Translations under genes and position numbers: made by a program
Source of the DNA: an uncultured Alphaproteobacteria bacterium
GTDB taxonomy: Bacteria; Pseudomonadota; Alphaproteobacteria; ATCC43930; CGMCC-115725
Assembly: GCA_963703745.1 (NCBI GenBank)
Contig: CAVPFL010000002.1
Coordinates: 515,637-555,636 of the forward strand
DNA length: 40,000 nt
Direction of reading: 5' to 3'
The notes under the pieces: generated by a model
Seen by the model: only the letters and a program-made list of their open reading frames with translations
What the model was told of the DNA's origin: nothing
Database searches by the model: none
In this document: one piece after another, positions 16,718 through 24,521 of the stretch
Numbering within the stretch: position 1 is the first letter of the stretch
How the letters are laid out: each line of letters starts with the position of its first letter

Positions 16718-18060
16718 AAGCGGGCGCGCTCGTTGTGCAAGACGGAATAAAGGGAGCCGAGATCGAGCGGCGCTTTCCGCGCGCCAGCTGTCCGGTCTCG
16801 CGATTGATCGCAGTGCAGCCGGAAGGCATTATCACGTTCGCTGCGCTGCGCTGGCTCCACAATGTAGGCGCTTCGTTCGTTCAACTCGACTATGACGGAA
16901 CGCCTATCGCGACCAGCTTGCCGCGGGGCACTGTTCCGGCTGCACTGCGGCGAACGCAAGCGCTCGCCTCGATTGAGACGCGACTCGGCAAGGCTATTGC
17001 TCATAGTCTCATTAGGGCGAAGATCGCGGCGCAAATCGCGACGCTGCGCAGTTGCGACCGCGACGCAACTGCAATCAGCGCCTTTGCAAATGAGTTGCAG
17101 TCTCGCGCCAGCATGCTCGAATTACTGGGCACCGAGGGCAATGCATCCGCCGTCTATTGGCAAGCGCTGGCGAACGTGCCGCTGCAGTTCGGAAAGCGCC
17201 AATCCCCGGATCAAGTCCGGGGAGTTCCCGAGCATTGGCGAGTGTTCGGCTCCCGCACGTCTAGCATGACTGGCGCGCCGCGCGGCGCGCCAGTCATGCT
17301 AGACGTGACTGGCGCGCCGCGCGGCGCCGTTGTCCCCGCGCAAGCCGTGCTGAATTACCTCTATGGCGTGCTCGCCAGCGAGATCACCATAGCGTTGCAC
17401 GCGGCCGGTCTCGATCCCGCGTTGGGCATACTGCACGCGGATAAAGTCGGCGGGACTTCGCTCGCTTATGACTTGATGGAACCCGCGCGACCGCTTCTCG
17501 ACCGCTGGCTGTTGCACTGGCTGCAGACTGCGACGTTTTCGAAGCGCGATTTCCGCGAAGACATTTACGGCTTTATCCGGGTGACGCATCCGCTGACTTC
17601 GCACCTTGCAATGACTGCGGCATTGTGGCGCGGGATCGCAGAGCAACTGGCGGAGTGGATCTATCGGCGGTTGAACGGAGAGAACGCGGCTCTTCGATTG
17701 ATTGGTGTCGATTGGCTTTCATCCGAGGCAAGGCGCCGCGCAGTTCGCTGGCGTCTCGGGCACACGATGCAGCGGCCGGTTCCCGCGACATGCGCGGAAT
17801 GCGGTAAGGCTCTTCCGAAAGGGAGACGGCGGTTTTGCTCGGGAGATTGTATGAGGGCATGGCACGGCGAAGTTCTGACGACTGCCGGCATGCTCGCAAT
17901 CTCCCGCCTTTCTCCCGCCGCCCGTTCCGACCGTTCCCGCCGCTCCGCCCTCTCGCGATCACCCGAGGCACGGCGCGAGGCTGCGCGGACTGCGGCAAGG
18001 GCTCGCTGGGCGCGACGTGCGGTCGCGGTCGCGGGCGCCGTATCCGATGATGAAACATAG
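16636..18060 (+). CDS. cas1: Cas1-family integrase (casposase) with a C-terminal Cys4 zinc-ribbon/FCS-like extension
   Basis: The N-terminal beta domain is Cas1-like (VLSGFRIRVRVEAGALVVQDG...ITFAALRWLHNVGASFVQLDYDG). Catalytic-region motifs are LLGTEGNASAVYWQAL (Glu) and ILHADKVGGTSLAYDLMEPARPLLDRW (His, Asp/Glu). The C-terminus has CAECGKALPKGRRRFCSGDC. The stop lies 5 nt before the right TIR. Confidence 0.88.
   Translation: MEFSDTNFGAVKNGVLVLSGFRIRVRVEAGALVVQDGIKGAEIERRFPRASCPVSRLIAVQPEGIITFAALRWLHNVGASFVQLDYDGTPIATSLPRGTVPAALRRTQALASIETRLGKAIAHSLIRAKIAAQIATLRSCDRDATAISAFANELQSRASMLELLGTEGNASAVYWQALANVPLQFGKRQSPDQVRGVPEHWRVFGSRTSSMTGAPRGAPVMLDVTGAPRGAVVPAQAVLNYLYGVLASEITIALHAAGLDPALGILHADKVGGTSLAYDLMEPARPLLDRWLLHWLQTATFSKRDFREDIYGFIRVTHPLTSHLAMTAALWRGIAEQLAEWIYRRLNGENAALRLIGVDWLSSEARRRAVRWRLGHTMQRPVPATCAECGKALPKGRRRFCSGDCMRAWHGEVLTTAGMLAISRLSPAARSDRSRRSALSRSPEARREAARTAARARWARRAVAVAGAVSDDET
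17259..17304. repeat. Perfect 46-bp palindrome inside cas1, followed by a third partial copy (17307-17327)
   Basis: GTCTAGCATGACTGGCGCGCCGC|GCGGCGCGCCAGTCATGCTAGAC, checked base by base. Encodes the duplicated peptide MTGAPRGAPVMLDVTGAPRGA. Confidence 0.95.
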
Positions 18061-18109
18061 CGGTCGCGAACGCCGGCGCCGTATCCGATGAAACATAGCG
18101 GCTCGAATC

Positions 18110-18780
18110 GCACGGGCGGGCAGCTGCGGCGCCCGCTGGGCAGCCTCGGCGGCGCCCGGCGACCGCGAGGCAGGGGACGCGCTCGATCGCCACGGGCTGG
18201 CAGCTGCGGCGACCGCTGGGCAGCCTCGGCGGCGCCCGGCGACCGCGAGGCAGGGGACGCGCTCGATCGCCACGGGCTGGCAGCTGCGGCGCCCGCTGGG
18301 CAGCCTCGACGGCGCCCGGCGACCGCGAGGCAGGGGACGCGCTCGATCGCCACGGGCTGGCAGCTGCGGCGACCGCTGGGCAGCCTCGACGGCGCCCGGC
18401 GACCGCGAGGCAGGGGACGCGCTCGATCGCCACGGGCTGGCAGCTGCGGCGACCGCTGGGCAGCCTCGGCGGCGCCCGGCGACCGCGAGGCAGGGGACGC
18501 GCTCGATCGCCACGGGCTGGCAGCTGCGGCGCCCGCTGGGCAGCCTCGACGGCGCCCGGCGACCGCGAGGCAGGGGACGCGCTCGATCGCCACGGGCTGG
18601 CAGCTGCGGCGCCCGCTGGGCAGCCTCGACGGCGCCCGGCGACCGCGAGGCAGGGGACGCGCTCGATCGCCACGGGCTGGCAGCTGCGGCGCCCGCTGGG
18701 CAGCCTCGGCGGCGCCCGGCGACCGCGAGGCAGGGGACGCGCTCGATCGCCACGGGCTGGCAGCTGCGGCGACCGCTGGG
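18110..18780. repeat. 80-bp unit, family A, right TIR (eight full copies plus a partial)
   Basis: CCGCTGGG recurs every 80 bp, with its last base at 18140, 18220 and so on up to 18780. The order of the two polymorphic sites differs from the left arm. Confidence 0.9.
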
Positions 18781-19151
18781 CCGGCAGAGCCTGCCCTCGA
18801 CTGCGATCGAGGGGCACGCCAGCGGCTCCCGAGGGCCGGCAGAGCCTGCCCTCGACTGCGATCGAGGGGCACGCCAGCGGCTCCCGAGCGGTCGCCGGCG
18901 GAGCCTTGCCGTGGCGATCGGCCCGGTCCCCGGCCTCGCGGTCGCCGAGCTCGATCGAGACATCCCAGCGGTCGCCGGCGGAGCCTTGCCGTGGCGATCG
19001 GCCCGGTCCCCGGCCTCGCGGTCGCCGAGCTCGATCGAGACATCCCAGCGGTCGCCGGCGGAGCCTTGCCGTGGCAGCCGCACTGCAACCCCAGCAATAT
19101 CAACGGCTTTACTGAGATTTCCACTGCGAGCGGCGCGCCCAGTGTATTGGT

Positions 19152-19388
19152 TGCTGCAATCTATTGCGCCAGTGCGAATTTCCACTGCTCCCAGTGCTGC
19201 AATCTATTGCGCCAGTGCGAATTTCCACTGCTCCCAGTGCTGCAATCTATTGCGCCAGTGCGAATTTCCACTGCTCCCAGTGCTGCAATCTATTGCGCCA
19301 GTGCGAATTTCCACTGCTCCCAGTGCTGCAATCTATTGCGCCAGTGCGAATTTCCACTGCTCCCAGTGCTGCAATCTATTGCGCCAGT
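19152..19388. repeat. 43-bp tandem unit in right TIR (partial plus five full copies)
   Basis: GCGAATTTCCACTGCTCCCAGTGCTGCAATCTATTGCGCCAGT repeated from 19174 to 19388. Confidence 0.9.
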
Positions 19389-19526
19389 AAGAAAGCCTTG
19401 TGCGATCTCGCTGCGCTTCGTCGCGCTCGCTCCGCTCGTTCGCTCCGCTCAAGTTCGCGTCCCGGTTGTGGGGGGCAACGGCTTACTTCTCGCGGGACCC
19501 CAGGGTGTGGTGGTGGGGAGGCCCCC

Positions 19527-19540
19527 GTGAGCCACAAGGG
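19527..19540. repeat. Right target-site duplication GTGAGCCACAAGGG
   Basis: Identical to 5977-5990. Confidence 0.85.
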
Positions 19541-20075
19541 CCGGTTCTACACAGTCAACGACGCCGGCATTGGGGTGAAGCCAGTGCGCCCAGGTGGGCC
19601 GACGGTCTATATCGCCGGACAAGCCGACGTCTCGGTGAAGCGCGCGGCGCGGATTGGCGATGCATGGCTAATCGTGAACACCAGCGGCCTCGGCAAGGTG
19701 ATTTCACTGATGCAGACCTATCGTGCGGCACTGAAGCAATATGGCCGCATTCCAATGGAATTCCCGATCACCGTCGAATGCTATGTCGGCGCACGGCATG
19801 CGACAGCGCATCAGGAATGCCGCGGGCCGCTAGAATACAAATACAACGCCTACGCGTCATGGGGGCTGCAGGACCGCACGACGCACGGTTCGTTCGAGGA
19901 TTTCGCCCGCGACCGGTTCATCATTGGCGACAAGGGATCGGTAAAGGAGGAGATCGCGCGGTACCGCGAGCTTCTAGGTGTCGATCACTTCATCATGCGC
20001 TGCCAGTGGCCGGGGCTGCCGCAGGAGCAGGTGCTGAGCTCGATCCGACGCCTCGGCGAGATTTTCGCGTCTTAG
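19527..20075 (+). pseudogene. LLM-class oxidoreductase, 3-prime fragment (continuation of 5548-5990)
   Basis: VSHKGRFYTVNDAGIGVKPVRPGGPTVYIAG...HFIMRCQWPGLPQEQVLSSIRRLGEIFAS. Joining 5548-5990 to 19541-20075 gives 978 nt, in frame and without stops. Confidence 0.88.
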
Positions 20076-20173
20076 GAGGGCGTGGGCGACGTTTCAACGA
20101 CTGGGCCGGGATTAATCTTTGTGCGATGTTGGTGACCCAGGCGGCGCGCGCCAGGCATAGGAGGTGGATAGAA

Positions 20174-21124
20174 ATGGCAAAGAAGCCCTACATCATTGCG
20201 CTCGAAGAGCATTATCTGGATCCTGAGGTCAAGCAACTCGGCGGCGGTCCCGGCGCGGGGCGTGACATCGTCGAGCGGCTCGACGATCTCGGCGTGCTGC
20301 GCATCCGCGAGATGGACGAGGCCGGCATCGATTTGCAGGTCCTGTCGCATTCGATCCCCGGACTACAGGCGGTCGACGCCGAAGCCGGGCCGCCCCTGGC
20401 GCGCCGCACCAATGACCGGCTCCATGAGGCGGTTCAGCGCCACCCGGATCGTTTTTCCGCCTTCGCCGTGTTGCCGACGGCCAACCCGCGTGCCGCGGCC
20501 GACGAACTGGAGCGCGCCGTCACCAAGCTTGGCTTCAAGGGCGCAATGGTCAACGGCATGACATCAGGCGTCTTTCACGACGATAAGCGGTTCTGGCCGA
20601 TCTGGGAGCGGGCCGCCAAGCTCGACGTGCCGATCTATATCCATCCGGCGTTGCCGCACCCTGCGGTCATCGAGGCCTATTACAAGGATTACGCGCAGTC
20701 GCATCCGGGTATCCTGCGTGCCGCCTGGGGCTTCACGGTCGAAACCGCGACCCAAGGCCTGCGCTTTGTCTTGAGCGGCGTATTCGATGCCCATCCCGGC
20801 CTCAAAATAATCCTGGGGCATATGGGCGAGGGATTGCCGTTTCTACTGTGGCGCATCAGCCACGGGCTGCGCGCAACGATGAAGGAGAAGACCTTCCGCG
20901 ACATCTTCTGCGAGCATTTCTGGATCACGACGAGTGGCTTCTTTTCCGATACCGCACTCGTGTGCAGCATGATGGAGATGGGCATCGACCGCATCCTGTT
21001 TTCGGTCGATTACCCGTTCGCCGAAAACCCGCCCGGCGCCGAATGGCTGAAGACGCTTCCGCTCGGCCCCGAAGACACAGAGAAGCTGCTGAACGGCAAC
21101 GCCCGCCGCCTGCTCAAGCTATGA
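20174..21124 (+). CDS. Amidohydrolase-2 family protein (ACMSD/LigW-like metal-dependent hydrolase or decarboxylase)
   Basis: MAKKPYIIALEEHYLDP..., ILGHMGEGLPFLLWR and SVDYPFAE, typical of PF04909-type enzymes. The 574-aa ORF in the track is an upstream extension through TIR sequence and the LLM fragment. Confidence 0.85.
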   Translation: MAKKPYIIALEEHYLDPEVKQLGGGPGAGRDIVERLDDLGVLRIREMDEAGIDLQVLSHSIPGLQAVDAEAGPPLARRTNDRLHEAVQRHPDRFSAFAVLPTANPRAAADELERAVTKLGFKGAMVNGMTSGVFHDDKRFWPIWERAAKLDVPIYIHPALPHPAVIEAYYKDYAQSHPGILRAAWGFTVETATQGLRFVLSGVFDAHPGLKIILGHMGEGLPFLLWRISHGLRATMKEKTFRDIFCEHFWITTSGFFSDTALVCSMMEMGIDRILFSVDYPFAENPPGAEWLKTLPLGPEDTEKLLNGNARRLLKL

Positions 21125-21221
21125 CCGATAGACGCTGGCCTTCGCGGGCTCAGACCGGACACGGGCTCTCGACGTTTACTGGCCGACACGAGTACCAAAG
21201 TACAATCTAGCATTGATAATT

Positions 21222-21265
21222 ATGTTACTAAACGGTGCGTCTGATGTTACTAAACCGTGCATCTG
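21222..21265. repeat. Tandem 22-bp direct repeat in an AT-rich intergenic region
   Basis: ATGTTACTAAACGGTGCGTCTG followed directly by ATGTTACTAAACCGTGCATCTG (19 of 22 identical). Confidence 0.8.
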
Positions 21266-21567
21266 CAGCAAATCAGCAGCAAGAAGACCCGTGAAGGCTG
21301 CAGAGGCGATTAAGCACGGACCCGCGATCACTCGGCTGTCAACCAGCCTTCATCCGTGTGCTTTCGCGCATGGTCACACGACCCGAACATGTCCCACCCT
21401 GCGGCGGCTTGACACTTGAGACGCTCATTTAATCACATCGTTCGCGGGGGTTGCCATGAGAAGCACCGGCCAGGGCCAGTCTATCCAGACGTTTTAAGGT
21501 CAGGCCGGGGCTGAGCAATTCTTCCCGTTTCCGGGGTTCCTTTCCAGAAGGGCCCGTTTCAATCGCG

Positions 21568-23330
21568 TCAAAGATCGAGAGCAATGTCACCTTGGGGCTG
21601 GCTGCAGCAGATCAACAGATTGCCCGCGGCCGGCGCCTCGACTGGGTCCGGCCGGTAGATGACGGAGCCGGAAATCAGCCCCGTCTCGCAGTTATGACAA
21701 ACTCCGGTGCGGCACGACCAGCGCACCGGCACATCGCATGCCTCGGCCAGTTCGAGCAGGCTGTGGAATGCGGAACCCCAGTGGACAGCGAGATTGCTGC
21801 GCGTGAAGGATACCAGCGGCCCGACCTCCGCGGCTTCCGCCGGCGGGTGCGGCGGCCGCTGCGAAACCGCAGCGATGCCCGGCGTCTTTGACGGGCCTGA
21901 CCCGAAATTCTCGGTGAAGAGGCGGTTACGGGCGGCCCCGAGCCTGCAAGACCATCGACCAGACCGCTCATAAACGCGGCTGGACCGCAGATGCAGAAGT
22001 CCGCAGCGGGCGGGACGCCCACTTCCTCGAACACGGGCACGCTTACGCGCCCTACCCTGTCGAAGTCGACAGTCGGCTGATCGGTCGCCTGTGGCGCACT
22101 GTAACAAATGTGGCTGCGGCTTCCGGGCAAGGTCTCGAGGAGCTCGCGCACCTCCGCCGCAAATGGATGCTCGCCGCTGTTGCGGGCGCCGTGAATCCAC
22201 CAAATCTCTCTGCGGGTTTGCTTGGCGGCCAGTGCGTGCAGCATGGCGAGGACTGGGGTGGCGCCGATGCCGGCGCTGACCAGGACCACGGGACCATCGC
22301 CCTGCCGCAACGTAAAGCTGCCGCGCGGGGCGCTCACCTCGAGAATATCGCCTGCCTGAACCTGCGTATCGATGTAAGCTCCGGCCGCACCTTGCGGCTC
22401 GCGCTTGACGCTGATGCGATAGCGCTCCTCGCTCGGGGCGCCCGACAGCGAATAGCTGCGCAGCAGAACGCTCTCGTCGGGTCCAGGCCTGAGCCGCAAT
22501 ACGATATACTGCCCCGCCAGGGCAGCCGTCAACGGCTCGCCGTCGGCCAGCTCCAGGACGAGAGAAGTGACATTGCTGCTTTCGTGCAATTTGCGCGACA
22601 CCCGCAATGAGCGGAAGCCTGGCCACGCGGGGGGCGGGCCCATCGGTGGGCCGAGCCCGGGGTTACCCGTTGTGCCGCTGCCTTGCCGTTCCCGGTCGAG
22701 CAGCGCCTCCAACGAGGTTCGCCAGCCGGCGCTCAATGCCGGGATGCGCAACGCTCGTTCCAGCCCGCTCGCCGGGTGACCCGGCAAATATAACAGCGCA
22801 TTGATCTCGGTGACGGTCACCCGCTCGGGACCTTCCTTGACCTTCACGATTTCGTCGCCGGCGCCGACTTCGCCTTCCTCCAGGACCCGGAAATAGAAGC
22901 CGGGCCTGCCGTGTGAGACGAGCAGTGCTGCCATCTGCGGCTCGTTCATGCGGATGCCGACCCGATAGCAGGTGACGCGCGGCTGCGTCACTTCGAAGAG
23001 CGCATCGCCGATCCGGTAATGATCGCCGATGCACACTTCGGTATCCGCCAGTCCCTCGACGGTAAAATTCTCGCCGAACTGGCCATAGGTAAAGTCGTTT
23101 CGACCGAGCTGGTTTTGCCAATAACGATAAGATTCGATCTGGTAGACAAAGACGGCCCGGTGTTCGCCGCCATGCCCCGCCAAATCTCCCTGGCCGTCTC
23201 CATCGATGTTGAGCCGCCGCACCACCCGTCGACCTTCAACGGGCGCCTTCCAGACGGCGGTGTGGACGGTTTTCCCTTGCCACTCGATGTCGCGTGGCAG
23301 GCCCACATTTACCGAGAGCAACCGTGCCAT
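21568..23330 (-). pseudogene. MOSC domain / FAD-NAD(P)-binding reductase / 2Fe-2S ferredoxin fusion protein with one apparent frameshift
   Basis: The N-terminal 551-aa frame has a MOSC domain (GDGQGDLAGHGGEHRAVFVY, FGENFTVEGL, TQPRVTCYRVG) and a reductase domain (RSYSLSG, VLVSAGIGATPVLAML). The 2Fe-2S domain (CRTGVCHNCETGLISG...LICCSQP) lies in a different frame. The junction is at about 21935-21950. The total span of 1763 nt is not a multiple of 3. Confidence 0.75.
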
Positions 23331-23554
23331 CGTTTTCTTCTCCTCTCACGAGAGGTCCAAGAGTAAGCACAATCAGTACAACCCTGGTATCGATCGCCGG
23401 CAGCCTGTAACGACACTGCCGATACAGAAAAAGCAATCACTGACAGGCCGGCCGCAGGTGCAAGTCGTCTTTGCGGCCGATTTCGTGTCGGGCTCAGGCT
23501 TCGGCGGCGCTGGCTGCTCCGAACTCGGCCGGAATAGCTTGCGGTAGCGCCGGC

Positions 23555-23994
23555 CTATGGCTTCTGTGCCATCGATGATCCGCATCTCGCCTCCGTGGTG
23601 CATTCGTGATTGGGGGCGATTTCCACCGCTTGCGGCAACGCGAACCGGGCATGGCCGCGGTAGAGCGTGATGTTTGCGGCGTTTTCGAGGGCGGAGGTAA
23701 GCCCGTTTCGTGACCCCGCCACAATCGCATCCTTGCGCGCCTTAACCCGCCGCATGTCGATGCCGATATCGCTCCCCCGATCACCACACCATACTCGGCG
23801 GCGCGCCGCGCGATCCGGGCGGCATAGGCGCTCGCTACCAAGGCCTTGGTCGGCGTACAGCCGGTATTGACGCAAGTGCCGCCGACGAGATGGCGCTCGA
23901 CGACAGCCACCTTCATCCCGGCGCCGGCCAGGCGGAACGCCAAAGATGGTCCGGCCTGGCCGGCGCCGATGATGATCGCGTCGAAGTCAGGCAT
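23555..23994 (-). pseudogene. Pyridine nucleotide-disulfide oxidoreductase, N-terminal fragment (frameshifted and truncated)
   Basis: MPDFDAIIIGAGQAGPSLAFRLAGAGMKVAVVERHLVGGTCVNTGCTPTKAL carries the FAD-binding GxGxxG motif and the redox-active CxxxxC. It then shifts frame to DIGIDMRRVKARKDAIVAGSRNGLTSALENAANITLYRGHARF and ends. Confidence 0.55.
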
Positions 23995-24099
23995 GACAAG
24001 CGTCTCCAGCAGCAGGAGGCGCCAGTATAAATACCTTCAGACGGAAGGCCCGCACAGACCCCCGCCGCCCATTGATGGCACCGCCCCCGCGCACCGAAC

Positions 24100-24226
24100 T
24101 TCGGAGACGGGACTTGAATCGTGTCACCCCCAGGCGACAGAGCCTCGCCATCTCGACGTGCCGGGCTGACGGTTGCACCCGCTCAAGGGCGACCTCGCAG
24201 GCTATTGGAGCATCACCGTCAGCGCC
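24100..24226 (+). pseudogene. higB: HigB/RelE-type toxin remnant (in-frame stop and C-terminal deletion)
   Basis: ...HLDVPG*RLHPLKGDLAGYWSITVSA matches the PPGNRLExLKGDRxGxWSIRV core. It has a TGA inside the motif and no C-terminal part, and is fused directly to higA sequence. Confidence 0.4.
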
Positions 24227-24494
24227 CGTCCCGGCCTGTCCGTGCGCTACGATTGCATTGAGCCGCTTGGCCTAACTATCACCGAAGCCGCCGACGTTCT
24301 CAACGTCACGCGCCAGACCCTCAACAATCTGGTCAACGGCAAGAGCGGTATTTGGGCCGAGATTGCAATCCGGCTCGACAAGGCGTTCGGCGGTGCCGCG
24401 GAAACATGGCTCCCGCTTGCAAATGGCCTACGACCTCGCGCAGGCCCGGCAGCACGAAGGCGAAGTCAAGGCCAAGCCGGTGCGCCGTCGCTAG
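24227..24494 (+). pseudogene. higA: HigA-family antitoxin (XRE HTH) with a frameshift near its 3-prime end
   Basis: IEPLGLTITEAADVLNVTRQTLNNLVNGKSGIWAEIAIRLDKAFGGAAETWL. The conserved tail MAYDLAQARQHEGEVKAKPVRRR* then continues in the +1 frame (shift near 24415-24425). Confidence 0.55.
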
Positions 24495-24521
24495 ACGGAC
24501 GAACTGCGCCCTTGACGGATG

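Larger units (their letters stand above)
5991..19526. mobile_element. Casposon-type self-synthesizing transposon (cas1 casposase + protein-primed PolB + HNH, long TIRs, TSD)
   Basis: Bounded by inverted-repeat termini (GGGGCCTCCCCACCACCACACCCTGGGG at the left, its reverse complement at the right) and a 14-bp direct repeat. It interrupts an otherwise continuous LLM ORF. It encodes pPolB, HNH and Cas1 in one operon. The interior, especially 14.2-15.9 kb, is visibly more AT-rich than the flanks. Confidence 0.85.
18065..19526. repeat. Right terminal inverted repeat (about 1.46 kb)
   Basis: Reverse complement of 5991-7119, with extra copies of three arrays: 43-bp x5 versus x1, 80-bp family B x2 versus x1, 80-bp family A x8 versus x7. 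These account for the 332-bp length difference. Confidence 0.85.

Noticed and set aside
19164-21124. 303-aa and 574-aa plus-strand ORFs starting inside the right TIR
   Set aside because: In the 303-aa ORF only the part from 19527 onward is genuine LLM coding sequence. In the 574-aa ORF only the part from 20174 onward is genuine amidohydrolase coding sequence. The upstream portions are read-through of repeat DNA or out-of-frame overlap.
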